Shown piece by piece: positions 62,469-64,000 of a DNA stretch of 64,000 nt. Below the pieces are notes generated by a model, which searched no databases, had not been told where the DNA came from, and worked only from the letters and a program-made list of their open reading frames with translations. Within the stretch, counting starts at the first letter, position 1; each line of letters starts with the position of its first letter. Location of the stretch: the NCBI RefSeq assembly GCF_006345805.1, contig NW_021825323.1, forward strand, positions 868,001 through 932,000. Reading direction: 5' to 3'. The stretch comes from Octopus sinensis (Eukaryota). A program made the translations under genes and the position numbers.

Positions 62469-63710
62469 CTAAACACGAAAATGATTTCGTTGTTGTTTAT
62501 TGCGACCACTTTGAGTACGTAAAGTAGAAGCAGTTGATGAAACATCAGACATGGATCTCCGAGATCGTACACTTGCAGTGGAAGACATTGACAGTCGTGC
62601 TAATTTCATATTAGTAATATATGTCAAACCGTATTTATTTTGATCTTTAATTATTATGTCGAGAGTTTTTTGCATCGAATCTACATCTTCTGGTGTAAAT
62701 TTATTTCCGTCTCCAGAATCAGGTGTTATCAACGTCATCCCAAAATTTTCCTGAGCTACTTTAAGTCCTGGAAATGATCAATCTCACATCTCATAACCTC
62801 CGGAAAGCACAATCAAGTTTGTGTAGCCACGTTCGACCAAAGTAGTGGCTGCTTGATGAATGTTTTTTTCATCCCAATCGTAAACAATAATCAATTTGTT
62901 TTCTTTGGTTTTCTTTAAATTTTTATCCTCATTTCATACATAAGCTAGCATTTCTTTGGTCTCGTAGTTGTGCATTCGAGAGAGCATTGTCATTGGATAT
63001 GAAAGTGCTATATTTATGTGATTCACAAAACCAGTTTTTATGTGGCCTTTCATGTACAGGTCTTTATCCCTTAAATCCAATAGCAGATATGGAGACAGGG
63101 AATCTTCCGGAGTTAGACATTGATCAGTTTTTTTAACAGGTTCCTTTAAATAGGGCTCCATATTTTCATCCAGTTCTCCAGATCCGGATATAAGCCTATT
63201 ATATTAGCATAGAGAATACGTCAATAATGTCGGACGGGAATGTGATTTTGAGTTATTCCCATTGATATTAGTAGATGATGAAACCTCTTCTAAAACAAGT
63301 TCAAAAAACTTGCTAAAAGAACCATTTTTTGTTACATTTTTGGACAAAGCTAAGTCGACGTGTTCAATTTGTAAAATCTATGTGAATCTGCATCAAATTA
63401 TATTTTTATAAACCATTTGAATGAATGTTGTCAGTTTTATTCGTTTGAATATTTCGTTAGACCGAATTCGGAAATCTATATAAAAAGTATTCCAAGTACT
63501 TGTTCTGACATATTCCATATCTTGTGAATATTTGGCGCTGCTGCAGCCTATTAAATATTGTCACTCTTGGTAATAAATACCAGTATCAACCACGCTTGAT
63601 ACATGGTCATATTTTGGATTTTTTTTGATTTTTATTTCCAGGATCTTAATTTGGTAATCAACATATACTACACTCAGCGGTTTTGTGTTTCTTTTAGCAT
63701 TATATGACAT
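62469..63710 (-). CDS. CEP41: Centrosomal rhodanese-domain protein CEP41
   Basis: KYDHVSSVVDTG, IFKRIKLTTFIQM, YLLLDLRD...SYPMTMLSR...IIVYDWDE...AATTLVERGYTNLIVLSGGLKV. Confidence 0.9.
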
Positions 63711-64000
63711 TTAAATCAGTGCAATCCACAACCTATTAAATAAGTATTGTAATTGGTCCCATGGAAACGTTATTTTTATTTGCACTATCATAGAAACATA
63801 ATGTAACGAAAAACTAATTCCACATATGCCACACATGAGACTGTTGTCTTAAATATATTTTTCAAAGATGCGCGGTTGCGTGTTATACTCCTGAGAGTAT
63901 CAAGGTCGTCTTCATGAGAAAACAGTAGATAGGGTTATTTATGGATGTTCTTGGAACGCCGATTTGTTGTCTTTGTAATATGATTTTATTGCCTCAAAGA

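Noticed and set aside
1-64000. CRISPR arrays, prokaryotic operons, rRNA genes
   Set aside because: None seen; the sequence is intron-rich eukaryotic DNA

Overview
AT-rich eukaryotic nuclear DNA, very probably an animal. Genes are compact, the genetic code is standard, and spliceosomal introns are mostly 21-33 nt. This intron size, together with cilium genes and animal-type transposons, suggests a dicyemid mesozoan or a similarly reduced parasite (inference). Host genes reconstructed by hand-splicing: CKS1 (two copies), eIF3a, RNase T2 (two copies), XRN2, FAU, GGPS1, a TFAM-like HMG-box gene, RPS24, CEP78, SHMT, an RRM-Tudor gene, RPL5 and CEP41. DRC7 and a USP34-like gene are present as broken copies. 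Roughly half the window is transposon-derived: CRE-like, R4-like and jockey/I-like LINE pieces, a near-intact Buster-type hAT nested in a Ginger-like integrase gene, Tigger/pogo elements, a tRNA-derived SINE, and two TGTC...GACA MITEs that share the TSD TAATA. Most notable: a 55-nt AT-AC U12-type intron in GGPS1; a MITE carrying a phased TTAGGG-variant array; duplicated RNase T2 genes with no visible signal peptide and almost no cysteines, where the second copy is the main survivor of a collapsed ~10-kb duplication; apparent non-canonical splice acceptors; and strand-skew flips inside eIF3a. Exon boundaries and family assignments were made by eye without database searches, and single-base lesions may be assembly errors.
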